In this document: positions 41,164-51,349 of the stretch, one piece after another
Position numbering within the stretch: position 1 is the first letter of the stretch
How the letters are laid out: each line of letters begins with the position of its first letter
Assembly (NCBI GenBank): GCA_965227345.1
Contig: OZ245755.1
Location: 3,975,293 to 4,039,292, forward strand
Reading direction: 5' to 3'
DNA length: 64,000 nucleotides
Origin: Sphingomonadales bacterium
GTDB taxonomy: Bacteria > Pseudomonadota > Alphaproteobacteria > Sphingomonadales > G965227345
Translations under genes and position numbers: made by a program
The notes under the pieces: model-generated
Told to the model about the DNA's origin: nothing
The model's database searches: none
The model's input: the letters and a program-made list of their open reading frames with translations, nothing else

Positions 41164-42324
41164 CTATTTTAACGCATTTGGCTGCTTGAGGGATCTGTAT
41201 AATTTCAATGTCTGTTCACACATTTGATCAAGCGTGAAATGTGTGCTGACATGTGCCCGGGATTTTTCAGCCATAGTCACCCGCTCGTCGGAACTCATCT
41301 GTAATGCCCTGGTGAGTTTCTTCTTCAGGTCTTCGGGGTCACTGGGGGTAAACAGGAAACCGGTTTCGCCATCAATAACAGTTTCACGAGCTCCTCCATG
41401 TCTGGCGGCGACAATTGGTCTGCCCATGGCTTGTGCTTCTACAGCAACCCGGCCAAAGGGTTCGGGTTCCAGCGTCGGGGTCAACACAACGTCGGCAAGC
41501 ATATAGGCCGCAGGCATATCATCACAAAAGCCCACGAATCTGACCTGCCCTTCAAATCCGTTGGCAACGATCAGCTCCTCCAGCTCTGCCAGATGGCCCA
41601 GATCGCCCTCGCTATCACCCAGAAACAGGCACGTGAAGGGAATATCTTTCAGTTCTCCCAGAACCTTGATCAGAAAGGCCTGACCCCGTTCAGGGATAAT
41701 CCTTGCCGGGACCAGAATCAGCGGTATGCCATCGGGCAGGCGCCACTTTTTTGACAGGTCGATAAAGCGGTGCGCCTTGACCACCGCAGGGTTGAACTGG
41801 CTCATATCAATGCCGCGAGGTACGATAGATAATTTATTGGCCGCAACGTGGAAGTTTTTTCTGATCTGATCCGCAACAAAGTTGGAAACGGCGATAACAT
41901 GATCACACTTTTCCAGCATCTCGCCAAAAGTTTTCAGTTCTTTATCGCTTTTGCCATTCAGGCCGTAAACGGTGGCAACCAGCTTTACCGGGTGAATTTT
42001 TTTTGCAATGACAGCGCTCCACGCCGGGCGCATGGCCCGAAAGTGCAGGACTTCAATATTGTTTTTCTTTAACAGCCGCCCCAGCTTCAAGCCGTTCAGT
42101 AATTTGGTCCAGCGCGTATCACGATGAGCAGGCAGGGTTATATGTTTGGCACCGGCGCGCAGAATTTCGGGCATCATGCGGCCGCCATTGGACACAACAA
42201 AAGTCTTTGCTCCGGCCTTGACCAGTGCGCGTGTTATGTCCACTGTACCCCTCTCGACGCCCCCGGCTTCCAGATCGGGAAGCAGTTGACAGTTTGAGGG
42301 GGTGTCTGAATTCTCAAAGTTCAT
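41164..42324 (-). CDS. glycosyltransferase family 4 (GT-B) protein
   Basis: N-terminal LPDLEAGGVERGTVD and a C-terminal E-x7-E-like region (EPEPFGRVAVEAQAMGRPIV). ATG 42324 was chosen. TTG 42330 is also possible. Confidence 0.8.
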   Translation of the reverse strand: MNFENSDTPSNCQLLPDLEAGGVERGTVDITRALVKAGAKTFVVSNGGRMMPEILRAGAKHITLPAHRDTRWTKLLNGLKLGRLLKKNNIEVLHFRAMRPAWSAVIAKKIHPVKLVATVYGLNGKSDKELKTFGEMLEKCDHVIAVSNFVADQIRKNFHVAANKLSIVPRGIDMSQFNPAVVKAHRFIDLSKKWRLPDGIPLILVPARIIPERGQAFLIKVLGELKDIPFTCLFLGDSEGDLGHLAELEELIVANGFEGQVRFVGFCDDMPAAYMLADVVLTPTLEPEPFGRVAVEAQAMGRPIVAARHGGARETVIDGETGFLFTPSDPEDLKKKLTRALQMSSDERVTMAEKSRAHVSTHFTLDQMCEQTLKLYRSLKQPNALK

Positions 42325-42338
42325 GAGCAAGTACCGAT

Positions 42339-43091
42339 ATGACCAACAGTTCCAAAGTTTCCTACCTTGATCCCAATAGTGATTCGTCCATTGCTTACCA
42401 TGCTACGTCGGGCAAATCTCCCGGAATCATCTTTTTCGGTGGTTTCATGTCTGATATGAGCGGCACAAAAGCCACAGCTCTGGAGAGTTTTGCCCGGGCA
42501 GAAGGGCAGGCTTACACGAGGTTTGACTATTCCGGGCACGGCTTGTCGGGTGGAAAATTTGTGGATGGAACCATCTCCCGCTGGCGGGACGACGCTCTGG
42601 CGGTGCTGGATAAGGTGACTGCTGGTCCTCAGGTGCTGGTTGGCTCCAGCATGGGCGGGTGGCTGGCGCTTCTGTGCGCCCTGGCACGGCCCGATCGGGT
42701 CCGCGGACTGGTTTTGATTGCTCCGGCGCCCGACTTTACGGATAAGTTGATGTGGCCCGAATTCAGTGAGCAAGAGCGGGCAACGATCATGCGGGACGGG
42801 GCGTTGTATCAACCGTCGGAATATAGTGAAGAGCCGTATGTCATCACCCGTGACCTGATCGAAGATGGTCGTGAGCATAATTTGCTGGATGGTACCATAG
42901 AAATTGACTGTCCTGTCCGTATACTCCATGGCATGAAAGACGTAGATGTGCCGTGGCAATGGTCGTTGAAAATAGCAGAATGTCTGTCGTCGGAAGATGT
43001 CCAGATTTCATTCTCAAAATCAGGGGACCACAGATTGTCCACATCGGCGGATATAGAACGCTTGTGTGCTGCTGTTCGCGACCTTCCTTAA
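42339..43091 (+). CDS. alpha/beta hydrolase
   Basis: Nucleophile elbow VGSSMGG, with C-terminal Asp and His (SGDHRL). Confidence 0.8.
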   Translation: MTNSSKVSYLDPNSDSSIAYHATSGKSPGIIFFGGFMSDMSGTKATALESFARAEGQAYTRFDYSGHGLSGGKFVDGTISRWRDDALAVLDKVTAGPQVLVGSSMGGWLALLCALARPDRVRGLVLIAPAPDFTDKLMWPEFSEQERATIMRDGALYQPSEYSEEPYVITRDLIEDGREHNLLDGTIEIDCPVRILHGMKDVDVPWQWSLKIAECLSSEDVQISFSKSGDHRLSTSADIERLCAAVRDLP

Positions 43092-43963
43092 ATAGTAGTG
43101 TTCAGAAGGGCTCGCAGTCCTTCCCGATACGTAGGATAGGCCAGACCAATGCCTAATTCTTTTTTGATTCGGTCATTTCGAACACGCTTGTTCTCGGCAT
43201 AAAAGCTTCGCGCCATCGGAGAAAGCTCGGCGTCTTTAAATTGCAGGACAGGTGGTTCATCTGTATTCAACAGGTGAGCTGCAAAAGAGATTACATCTTG
43301 CGGCGGGGCGGCTTCATCATCGCAAACGTTATAAATGGCACCGGGATCAGGGGTTTTGACGGAAGCCTGAAGGACAGTGGCTATATCGTCGCGGTGGATG
43401 CGGGAGAAAACCTGACCGGCCTTGATAATACGTCGAGCTTTACCGCTTTTGATCGTTTCCAGCTGATTTCTACCCGGGCCGTATATGCCTGCAAGCCTGA
43501 AAATGTGCATCGGCATGCCATACTCGCGATGCATCGTCATCCAGCTCTCTTCGGCCATTTGCCGCCGCCTACCGCGCTCGCTGGTAGGCGCGCAGGGCGT
43601 GTTCTCGTCCACCCATTCACCGTTTTTATCCCCGTAAACGCCCGTGGTTGAAAGGTATCCGGCCCATTGCAGATTTGTAAGAGCAGCAAGAGCTTCCCTG
43701 TGGTGTGCCAGTACGGGGTCGGCTTCAGCGCCCGGGGGGATTGAGACAAGTAAATGCGTGACAGATGCCAGAACGGTATCGGCGTCCTTGAGCGGTCTGG
43801 TGCCATCAAAAGGGAAAGCATTTATGCCATGCTTCTTGTGAAGTGCGCATTTTTCGGGGGTGCGGGAGGTGCCGGAGACTGTCCAGCCGTCATTCAGGGA
43901 ACGGCGCGCCAGCTCGGCGGCACTGAACCCCAGCCCGAAAATAAATAAATGCGGTTTGCTCAA
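43088..43963 (-). CDS. NAD-dependent epimerase/SDR family protein
   Basis: N-terminal FIFGLGFSA Rossmann motif and extended-SDR-like length. Confidence 0.75.
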   Translation of the reverse strand: MSKPHLFIFGLGFSAAELARRSLNDGWTVSGTSRTPEKCALHKKHGINAFPFDGTRPLKDADTVLASVTHLLVSIPPGAEADPVLAHHREALAALTNLQWAGYLSTTGVYGDKNGEWVDENTPCAPTSERGRRRQMAEESWMTMHREYGMPMHIFRLAGIYGPGRNQLETIKSGKARRIIKAGQVFSRIHRDDIATVLQASVKTPDPGAIYNVCDDEAAPPQDVISFAAHLLNTDEPPVLQFKDAELSPMARSFYAENKRVRNDRIKKELGIGLAYPTYREGLRALLNTTI

Positions 43964-44060
43964 AGTCTGGGCCTCGCTCGTTTTGGATCAATCAGTCCTT
44001 GATCACGCCATAATTTTCAACGACTTTACGTGGATGATAAAGACAAAGGCAACAGCGGTT

Positions 44061-44891
44061 ATGAAAAAGTCTTCCCTTCTTGCATTTTTGGGGTTGGGAG
44101 CTTTTGCTGTTCTGCCCCTGGTGCAGGCCAGCGCAGACAAGTTTGATGTGCAGGCGGCGAAATATGCGGCATGTGTGCAGGAAGCAGACAGTGACCCTCG
44201 AAAGGCCATGGATACAGCGGTGGACTGGCAGGCTGTTGGCGGGGGTATTCCAGCTCGTCATTGTATTGCTCTGGCCCTGATTAATCTGGGACAATACGAG
44301 ATCGGGGCCGAGCGGCTGGAACAGCTTGGTGAAGATATTCAGATGGGTCACGATATTCTGGGTCTTGGCGATGTTGATCTGAACAGTTTGCAGGCAGAGA
44401 TAAACGGGCAGGCGGGCAACGCCTGGCTGATGACGGAAGAGTTTGGCAGAGCCTACAGTGCCTTGAGTGCCGCGCTGACAGAGGCACCGGCACAGTCCCG
44501 ATTCAGGGTCGAATATTTTATCGACAGGGCCCGGGCGTTGGCCGGGCTGGAGCAATATCAGAAATCTCTGGACGATCTGGACAAGGCGGCGCAACTGGCG
44601 CCTGAACGGGCGGACATATATGTCTTTAGAGCCAGCGCCTACCGGGCTTTGGGCGCTCTGGACCGGGCGGAGGAAGATTTGGCAACAGCATTGAAATTGA
44701 ACCCTGACAGCGTTTCTGCATTGCTGGAACAGGGAATTATATTTCGAATGCTTGGGAAGGACGTTGAGGCGAGGGCCGACTGGCTCGCAATCGTGACAAA
44801 ATTCCCGGATACGCCGGAAGCAGAAATTGCCGCCGAAAATTTGAAGTTAATGGACGAGGCTAGCGACGCAACGCCTGCCACTCAACCCTGA
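44061..44891 (+). CDS. secreted tetratricopeptide repeat protein
   Basis: ATG 44061 gives a signal peptide (MKKSSLLAFLGLGAFAVLPLVQASA). TPR-like repeats are present (AYRALGALDRAEEDLATALKLNPD). The ORF extends to 43860. Confidence 0.7.
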   Translation: MKKSSLLAFLGLGAFAVLPLVQASADKFDVQAAKYAACVQEADSDPRKAMDTAVDWQAVGGGIPARHCIALALINLGQYEIGAERLEQLGEDIQMGHDILGLGDVDLNSLQAEINGQAGNAWLMTEEFGRAYSALSAALTEAPAQSRFRVEYFIDRARALAGLEQYQKSLDDLDKAAQLAPERADIYVFRASAYRALGALDRAEEDLATALKLNPDSVSALLEQGIIFRMLGKDVEARADWLAIVTKFPDTPEAEIAAENLKLMDEASDATPATQP

Positions 44892-45978
44892 CAGAGGGGT
44901 TTGTTTCATCTCGTGACCTTTCGGTCTTCAACCGGTCAAAATCGTGTGATTTTAATAATCTTGAAAGCGCCCAGACGGCCATTCCTCGTACCAGTGGTGA
45001 TGTATCGTCAAGAAGTGCGATGATCTGTGGAATCAAAGTCTGATCACCGGAGTTGCCTGCCGCAACAAGTACATTGCGAATAAATCTGTCACGACCTGTT
45101 CTTTTGACCGGGGAGCCGGCAAATACACTTCTGAAGTCTGCATCATCAAGGTCCAGCAGATATTCAATGCGCGGCGCTGCAAGTTCGGCGCGGGCATGGA
45201 AGGCTGATTCTTTGGCAGTTCTGGCGAATTTGTTCCAGGGGCAAACGGCCAGGCAATCGTCGCAGCCATAAATACGATTGCCCATGGGTTCGCGAAACTC
45301 CAGCGGGATCTGCCCTTTATGTTCGATCGTTAGATAGGAAATACAGCGGCGGGCATCGAGCCGATAAGGTGCCGGGAAGGCATGGGTCGGGCAAATATCA
45401 ATGCATTGCTGGCAGCGGCCACAATGATCGCTTTCCGGCTGATTCGGCGCGAGTTTCATGGTTGTAAAAATACTGCCCAGAAAGAACCACGACCCCAGGT
45501 TCCGGGAGACCAGGTTGGTATGCTTGCCTTGCCACCCAAGTCCGGCCTTCTCACCCAGCGGCTTTTCCATAACCGGTGCGGTATCAACAAAAACCTTCAC
45601 GTCGCAAGAGAATTCCTGATGCATCCATCGTGCCAAGGCTTTTAGACGCTTTTTGACCAGATCATGATAATCCTGCCCCTTGGCATAAACCGAGATTCCT
45701 GCGCGATCAGGCGTCTCCAGAATATCAAGCGGATCAGATGCCGGGCCATAATTCATGGCCAGCATAATGACGCTTTCGGCTTCCGGCCACAGGTTGGCAG
45801 GGGACTTTCGTCGCTCGGCCTTTTCAACCATCCAGCCCATGTCCCCATAATATCCCTGGTCAAGAAATTCCTGTAACCGAGTGCCGGCGTCAGGGATGGA
45901 GGCGGGTGTTGTGATGCCGAAGTCGTCGAACCCAAGTCGCACAGCTTCAGCCTGTATTTGCTGGCGGGGACTTGGCAT
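44860..45978 (-). CDS. queG: tRNA epoxyqueuosine(34) reductase
   Basis: Two 4Fe-4S motifs (CGRCQQCIDICP, CDDCLAVCPWN) and a C-terminal HEAT-like region. Confidence 0.9.
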   Translation of the reverse strand: MPSPRQQIQAEAVRLGFDDFGITTPASIPDAGTRLQEFLDQGYYGDMGWMVEKAERRKSPANLWPEAESVIMLAMNYGPASDPLDILETPDRAGISVYAKGQDYHDLVKKRLKALARWMHQEFSCDVKVFVDTAPVMEKPLGEKAGLGWQGKHTNLVSRNLGSWFFLGSIFTTMKLAPNQPESDHCGRCQQCIDICPTHAFPAPYRLDARRCISYLTIEHKGQIPLEFREPMGNRIYGCDDCLAVCPWNKFARTAKESAFHARAELAAPRIEYLLDLDDADFRSVFAGSPVKRTGRDRFIRNVLVAAGNSGDQTLIPQIIALLDDTSPLVRGMAVWALSRLLKSHDFDRLKTERSRDETNPSVRVEWQALRR

Positions 45979-46658
45979 TAGAAATCCAGCAGGCTGTAGT
46001 GCTTTGGTGGTGCAAGGCCTGCAATTCGATCTTTCAGAATAGCGCGCATGCTGGGACGCGATTTTACCCGCATATACCAGTTCTTTGCGTCTTCATGGCG
46101 ATCCCAGGATATGCTGTCAAAATAGTCGGCACAGGAAAGATGGGCCGCCGCCGCGATATCTGCGAGCGTAAAGTTATCACCTGACAGCCATTCCCGCCGA
46201 TCATTCAAATAGCAAATATAATCAAGATGGTAGCGGATGTTGTTAGCTGCACATCTTAAGGCATGTGAGTCTGGTTCGCCCATCGCCAGAAAGCGTTTCA
46301 TCACTTTTTCGGTAATCAGGTGATGAGTGACTTCGCCGTGGAATTTTTCATGAAACCACGAAACAAGCCGGCGAGTTTCTGCCCGGGATTTGGCCGTACT
46401 ACCCATCATGTCTGATTCAGGAAAAACTTCTTCAAGATATTCCGAGACAGCATAGATGCCGGCCAGAACCTGCCCGTCCGGCTCCACCAGAACAGGTGTC
46501 GTCGCCGCAGGGTTCAGGGCGAGAAATTCGGGTCGGCGCTCCCAGACCTTTTCGTGAACCAGATTTAATTCCAGCCCTTTTTCTGCAAGCAAAATACGGA
46601 CGGCACGGGAAAAGGGGCAAAACCAGTTGTGGTACAATTTACGCATGACGCGCAGCAT
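45978..46658 (-). CDS. glutathione S-transferase family protein
   Basis: N-terminal CPFS thioredoxin-like motif. Its TAA stop shares one nt with the queG ATG. Confidence 0.8.
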   Translation of the reverse strand: MLRVMRKLYHNWFCPFSRAVRILLAEKGLELNLVHEKVWERRPEFLALNPAATTPVLVEPDGQVLAGIYAVSEYLEEVFPESDMMGSTAKSRAETRRLVSWFHEKFHGEVTHHLITEKVMKRFLAMGEPDSHALRCAANNIRYHLDYICYLNDRREWLSGDNFTLADIAAAAHLSCADYFDSISWDRHEDAKNWYMRVKSRPSMRAILKDRIAGLAPPKHYSLLDF

Positions 46659-46681
46659 ATAATAAGCTGCCGTCCTAGGGT

Positions 46682-46741
46682 AGCAGAGAGTAGAGGGGAG
46701 GCGAATTTTTACTGTCGTCGCCTTGCCGGCTACTCTCTGCT
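46682..46741. repeat. long imperfect inverted repeat (extended hairpin)
   Basis: Perfect 12-bp outer arms AGCAGAGAGTAG / CTACTCTCTGCT enclose an inner 6-bp stem AGGCGA / TCGCCT. No U-tract follows. Confidence 0.6.
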
Positions 46742-46754
46742 TTCATTTGGTTGT

Positions 46755-49700
46755 TCAGGCTGTCTGTGCTTCTGCCTCATCATCTGTTAGCGGATTGTCC
46801 AGACGAGAAATCATTTCTTTTGGACAAATCTGCCAGAAGTTACCGCGCTCCTGATCCCAGTTGATCAACATGGTCGATGCGAACTGTGATTGCGTTTCTT
46901 CGACATGTTCCCTGATGTGATCCAGCAACACCTTCTCCCAGTGTTCAGACGAAAGTCGCTGGAAGATGATTGATTCGTCATTCACATGTGTAGCAAAGGC
47001 GTTCCTGGGGTCATAGACAAAGGCCATGCCGCCTGTCATGCCCGCGCCGAAATTGTCGCCGACGGGGCCAAGAATAACAGCGACACCGCCGGTCATATAT
47101 TCACAACCGTTTGCGCCACAACCCTCAATCACCACATGGGCACCGGAATTACGCACGGCAAATCGTTCGCCCGCCTGACCGGCGGCAAACAGCTTGCCGC
47201 TGGTGGCGCCGTACAAAACTGTATTTCCTATGATGGTATTTTCGTTGCTTATGAGCGGGCTGGAGGTCATGGGCCGCACAACGATGGTGCCACCGCTCAG
47301 GCCCTTGCCAACATAATCGTTGGAATCACCAAAGACCTGCAACTTTATGCCCTGCACGGCAAAGGCGCCAAGTGATTGGCCCGCTGATCCACGAAGGCGG
47401 ACTGTGACATGGTCCGGCTTCAGGCCGGTCATGCCAAACTGGCGGACAATATGCGAGGAGAAACGGGTACCGATGGCCCGCTGCGTATTGCGGACAGAAT
47501 AGGTCAGTTGCATTTTCTCGCCACGATCAAATACTGCTTTGGCATCCAGAAGCATTTTTGCGTCCAGCGTGTCGAGGACTTCAGTTCTTTTGCCTTCCTT
47601 TGCCGCTTTTGAGACCGTCAGGGCATCTGCGCGGGTCAGAATGGGGTTAAGGTCAAGGTCATCAAGATGCGCGGCACCCCGGCTGACCTGACGCAACAAA
47701 TCGGAGCGCCCAATAATTTCATCCAGCGATTTAACACCCAGACTGGCGACAATTTCGCGGACTTCCTCTGCAATGAAGCTGAACAGGTTCATAACCTTTT
47801 CCGGTGTGCCGACAAACTTCTGCCGCAGATCGGAATCCTGTGTGCAGATGCCGACAGGGCAGGTGTTCGAGTGGCATTGTCTGACCATAATGCAGCCCAT
47901 AGCCACCAGTGAAGCGGTGCCGACACCAAATTCTTCCGCCCCGAGAAGCGCGCCAAAGACGACATCGCGGCCGGTTTTAAATCCGCCATCAACACGAAGG
48001 GTTACCCTGTCCCGCAGCTTGTTCAGGGTAAGAACCTGATGAACTTCGGACAGTCCGAGCTCCCAGGGCGTGCCCGCATATTTGATGCTTGTTTGCGGGC
48101 TGGCGCCGGTCCCGCCCACATTGGCCGAAATCAGAATAACGTCTGCCTTTGCCTTGGCGACGCCTGCGGCAATTGTACCAATGCCTGCGGATGAGACCAG
48201 CTTGACGCAGACCCGGGCGACAGGATTAATCTGCTTCAGATCATAGATCAGCTGAGCCAGATCTTCGATGGAATAAATGTCGTGATGCGGTGGTGGCGAA
48301 ATCAGGGAAACGCCCTCTGTCGCATGGCGCAATTTGGCAATTTCGGCAGTTACCTTGAATCCTGGCAACTGACCGCCTTCACCGGGTTTGGCTCCCTGGG
48401 CCACCTTGATTTCAATTTCCGAACAGTTATTCAGATATTCAGCGGTGACCCCAAACCGGCCAGAGGCAATTTGCTTAATCGGAGAATTTGGATTGTCTCC
48501 ATTTTCCCGAGGCTTGTAACGATCAGCCCCTTCGCCGCCTTCACCGGAAACCGAGCGCGCACCAATTCTGTTCATGGCAATTGTCAGGGTTTCATGCGCT
48601 TCGGGGGAAAGTGCGCCCAAAGACATGCCCGGTGTGATAAACCGTTTCCGAATTTCGGTAATTGATTCGATATCGTCCAGCGCTGTCGGGTTTTCTGTTG
48701 TCCTGAATTCCATTAGATCCCGCAAATTTACGGGCGGAAGCTTGCGCAGTGCAGCTGAATATTTCAGGTAATGGGAATATGAATCGGACGTCACAGCCGC
48801 CTGTAGCGTGTGAATAAGAGTACCTTCGAAAGAATGCACTTCACCGCCGTGTCGATACCGGTACAAGCCACCAATCGGGAGTGTGACAACATCCTGACGC
48901 ATGGCCTTGTCATGCTGCCCGATCACTTTCTTTTGAATGCCGGCGAAACCGATTCCCGAGATTTTGGATGGCATGCCAGGGAAAAACTCAGCGACCAGCG
49001 CGCGACTGAGCCCCACAGCTTCAAAATTATAGCCACCGCGATAAGAACTGATCACCGCGATGCCCATTTTGGAGATGATTTTAAGCAGGCCCTGATTAAT
49101 GGCTTCCTTGAAGTTCTTGACGCAATCTTCCAGTGAAACAGCCCCAAACAGCCCGCGTGCATGGCGGTCTGCAATGCTGTCCTGTGCAAGCCAGGCGTTC
49201 ACTGTGGTGGCGCCAGACCCGATGAGGACGGCGAAGTAATGGGTGTCAAGACATTCGGCCGATCGCACGTTCAGTGAGGTAAAGGTACGCAACCCCTGAC
49301 GTATAAGGTGCGAATGTATACCTGACGTCGCCAAAATCATCGGAATGACTGCCCGGTCTTTCGAGATGTTCATGTCACTGATAAAAAGCTGGCTTTTGCC
49401 AGCGCGCACGGCATTTTCAGCTTCCTGACGAATGCGTTCGATGGCGTCGCGCAGGGCATCGGTGCCATCATTGACATCGAAAGTACAGTCTATTTCCTGC
49501 GCTGTATCGCCAAACAGATCTTTCAGGAACTGATATTCACCATTGGTCAAAACCGGTGATTCGAGGATGAGCGCGTTGGTCTGGCTGACATCCTGTTCCA
49601 GAACGTTGCCAAAGTTGCCAAAACGGGTTTTGAGACTCATGACCCGATGTTCACGCAGACTGTCAATCGGCGGGTTGGTGACCTGACTGAAATTCTGGCG

Positions 49701-51326
49701 GAAAAAATGGCTTAAAGGGCGATATTTCTCCGATAAAACGGCAAGGGGGGTGTCGTCTCCCATTGATCCGACAGCTTCCTTTGCGGCTTCGGCCATGGGA
49801 TGAAGAATAAGCTCCAGATCCTCGACGCTTTGACCAACACTGACCTGGCGCTGGCGCAGTGCCTTGCGATCAAGAAGAGCTGGCTCACTCAGATTTTCAG
49901 GCAGAAGATCGTCAAAGCTTTTGAAGTTTTTGACCCAATCCTGATACGGGTGTTCGCCTGCCAGCAGATCTTTCAACTCGCGGTCGTGATAGAACGCGCC
50001 TTCACGCAGATCAACACCGATCATCTGACCGGGTCCAAGACGACCCTTTTCCTTGATTTTTGCTTCCGGCACCAGAACCATACCGGTTTCAGAGCCAACA
50101 ATGAGCATGCCGTCATTGGTAATGGTATAACGCATGGGGCGCAGGCCGTTTCTGTCCATGCCGGCAATGATCCAGCGGCCATCGGTTGCGGCAATGGCTG
50201 CAGGGCCGTCCCAAGGCTCCATCACAGAGTTCGCATAGGCATACATGGCCCTATGGGCTTCAGGCATCGAGGATGTCTTTTTTGACCATGATTCCGGGAT
50301 AACCAGCGTTTTGGCCAAAGGTGCGGTGCGGCCCGCGCGAACCAGCGCTTCAAAGGCTGCATCCAGTGCGGCAGAATCAGAGGCCCCAGAGGGGATCAAT
50401 GGCTTTATGTCTTCGCTGAATTCGCCAAAGGCGATAGACGCCATGCGAATTTCGTGGCTTTTCATCCAGTTTTTATTGCCCCGGATGGTATTGATTTCGC
50501 CATTGTGCGCCAGCATGCGGAATGGTTGAGCCAGCCACCATGTGGGAAATGTGTTGGTGGAATAGCGCTGGTGATAAATGGCAAAATTCGAGACGAACCT
50601 TTCGTCCAGAAGGTCCGGATAGAAAACCGATAATTGCTCTGCCAGAAACAGGCCCTTGTAAATCAGGGAACGGCCGGACAGCGAGCAGATGTAGAAGTCT
50701 TTTATATGCGCTGAGAGAACAGCCTTTTCGATGCGTCGGCGTATAATATAGAGCCTGCGTTCAAATTCATCATCGCTCAGGCCCTTGGGGCGGGCGATCA
50801 TGATTTGCTCGATTTCAGGCCGGGTCGCATTCGCCTTTTCACCGATAACCGCCGCATTTACGGGCACCTGGCGCCAGCCATATATATAATAGCCAAATTT
50901 AAGAATTTCCGTCTCGACGATTGCACGGCAATTTTCCTGGGCACCAAGATCTGTACGGGGCAGAAATACCATGCCCACAGCAAGCGCCCCTGATGGCGTT
51001 TTGTGCCCGGTGCGGACAACGTGTTCGCGAAAGAAATCCTGAGGAATGGACAGGTGAATGCCTGCACCATCCCCGGTCTTACCATCGGCATCCACAGCGC
51101 CGCGGTGCCACAGGGCCTTCAGGGCTTCAATGCCGGCCAGTACGACATCGCGGGTGGGTTGTCCATCGATTGAGGCGATCAGCCCCACGCCACAGGACGA
51201 ATGTTCGTCTTCCGGATTGTATATGCCTGCCTCGGTAAGTTCCGCGGCCTTTGCTTCCCAGGCTTTGACTTCCTCAAGGGCTTGCTCTGCGGTCATGTCC
51301 TGCCCATCAAATTGCTGCTTTGTCAT
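46755..51326 (-). CDS. gltB: glutamate synthase large subunit
   Basis: 1523 aa with an Ntn amidotransferase Cys (HSSCGVGL), an FMN domain and a C-terminal GXGXG beta-helix. Confidence 0.97.
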   Translation of the reverse strand: MTKQQFDGQDMTAEQALEEVKAWEAKAAELTEAGIYNPEDEHSSCGVGLIASIDGQPTRDVVLAGIEALKALWHRGAVDADGKTGDGAGIHLSIPQDFFREHVVRTGHKTPSGALAVGMVFLPRTDLGAQENCRAIVETEILKFGYYIYGWRQVPVNAAVIGEKANATRPEIEQIMIARPKGLSDDEFERRLYIIRRRIEKAVLSAHIKDFYICSLSGRSLIYKGLFLAEQLSVFYPDLLDERFVSNFAIYHQRYSTNTFPTWWLAQPFRMLAHNGEINTIRGNKNWMKSHEIRMASIAFGEFSEDIKPLIPSGASDSAALDAAFEALVRAGRTAPLAKTLVIPESWSKKTSSMPEAHRAMYAYANSVMEPWDGPAAIAATDGRWIIAGMDRNGLRPMRYTITNDGMLIVGSETGMVLVPEAKIKEKGRLGPGQMIGVDLREGAFYHDRELKDLLAGEHPYQDWVKNFKSFDDLLPENLSEPALLDRKALRQRQVSVGQSVEDLELILHPMAEAAKEAVGSMGDDTPLAVLSEKYRPLSHFFRQNFSQVTNPPIDSLREHRVMSLKTRFGNFGNVLEQDVSQTNALILESPVLTNGEYQFLKDLFGDTAQEIDCTFDVNDGTDALRDAIERIRQEAENAVRAGKSQLFISDMNISKDRAVIPMILATSGIHSHLIRQGLRTFTSLNVRSAECLDTHYFAVLIGSGATTVNAWLAQDSIADRHARGLFGAVSLEDCVKNFKEAINQGLLKIISKMGIAVISSYRGGYNFEAVGLSRALVAEFFPGMPSKISGIGFAGIQKKVIGQHDKAMRQDVVTLPIGGLYRYRHGGEVHSFEGTLIHTLQAAVTSDSYSHYLKYSAALRKLPPVNLRDLMEFRTTENPTALDDIESITEIRKRFITPGMSLGALSPEAHETLTIAMNRIGARSVSGEGGEGADRYKPRENGDNPNSPIKQIASGRFGVTAEYLNNCSEIEIKVAQGAKPGEGGQLPGFKVTAEIAKLRHATEGVSLISPPPHHDIYSIEDLAQLIYDLKQINPVARVCVKLVSSAGIGTIAAGVAKAKADVILISANVGGTGASPQTSIKYAGTPWELGLSEVHQVLTLNKLRDRVTLRVDGGFKTGRDVVFGALLGAEEFGVGTASLVAMGCIMVRQCHSNTCPVGICTQDSDLRQKFVGTPEKVMNLFSFIAEEVREIVASLGVKSLDEIIGRSDLLRQVSRGAAHLDDLDLNPILTRADALTVSKAAKEGKRTEVLDTLDAKMLLDAKAVFDRGEKMQLTYSVRNTQRAIGTRFSSHIVRQFGMTGLKPDHVTVRLRGSAGQSLGAFAVQGIKLQVFGDSNDYVGKGLSGGTIVVRPMTSSPLISNENTIIGNTVLYGATSGKLFAAGQAGERFAVRNSGAHVVIEGCGANGCEYMTGGVAVILGPVGDNFGAGMTGGMAFVYDPRNAFATHVNDESIIFQRLSSEHWEKVLLDHIREHVEETQSQFASTMLINWDQERGNFWQICPKEMISRLDNPLTDDEAEAQTA

Positions 51327-51349
51327 CGTTCATCGGTCCTTTTATCGGA

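Noticed and set aside
42321-42959. 212-aa minus-strand ORF.
   Set aside because: It is antisense to the alpha/beta hydrolase gene, which has clear catalytic motifs. It has an Arg/Pro/Gln-rich shadow-ORF composition.
43992-44594. 200-aa minus-strand ORF.
   Set aside because: It is antisense to the signal-peptide-bearing TPR protein and has no motifs.
44860-44891. 32-nt convergent 3' overlap of the TPR gene and queG.
   Set aside because: Short convergent overlaps are common in compact genomes. I see nothing beyond the overlap itself.
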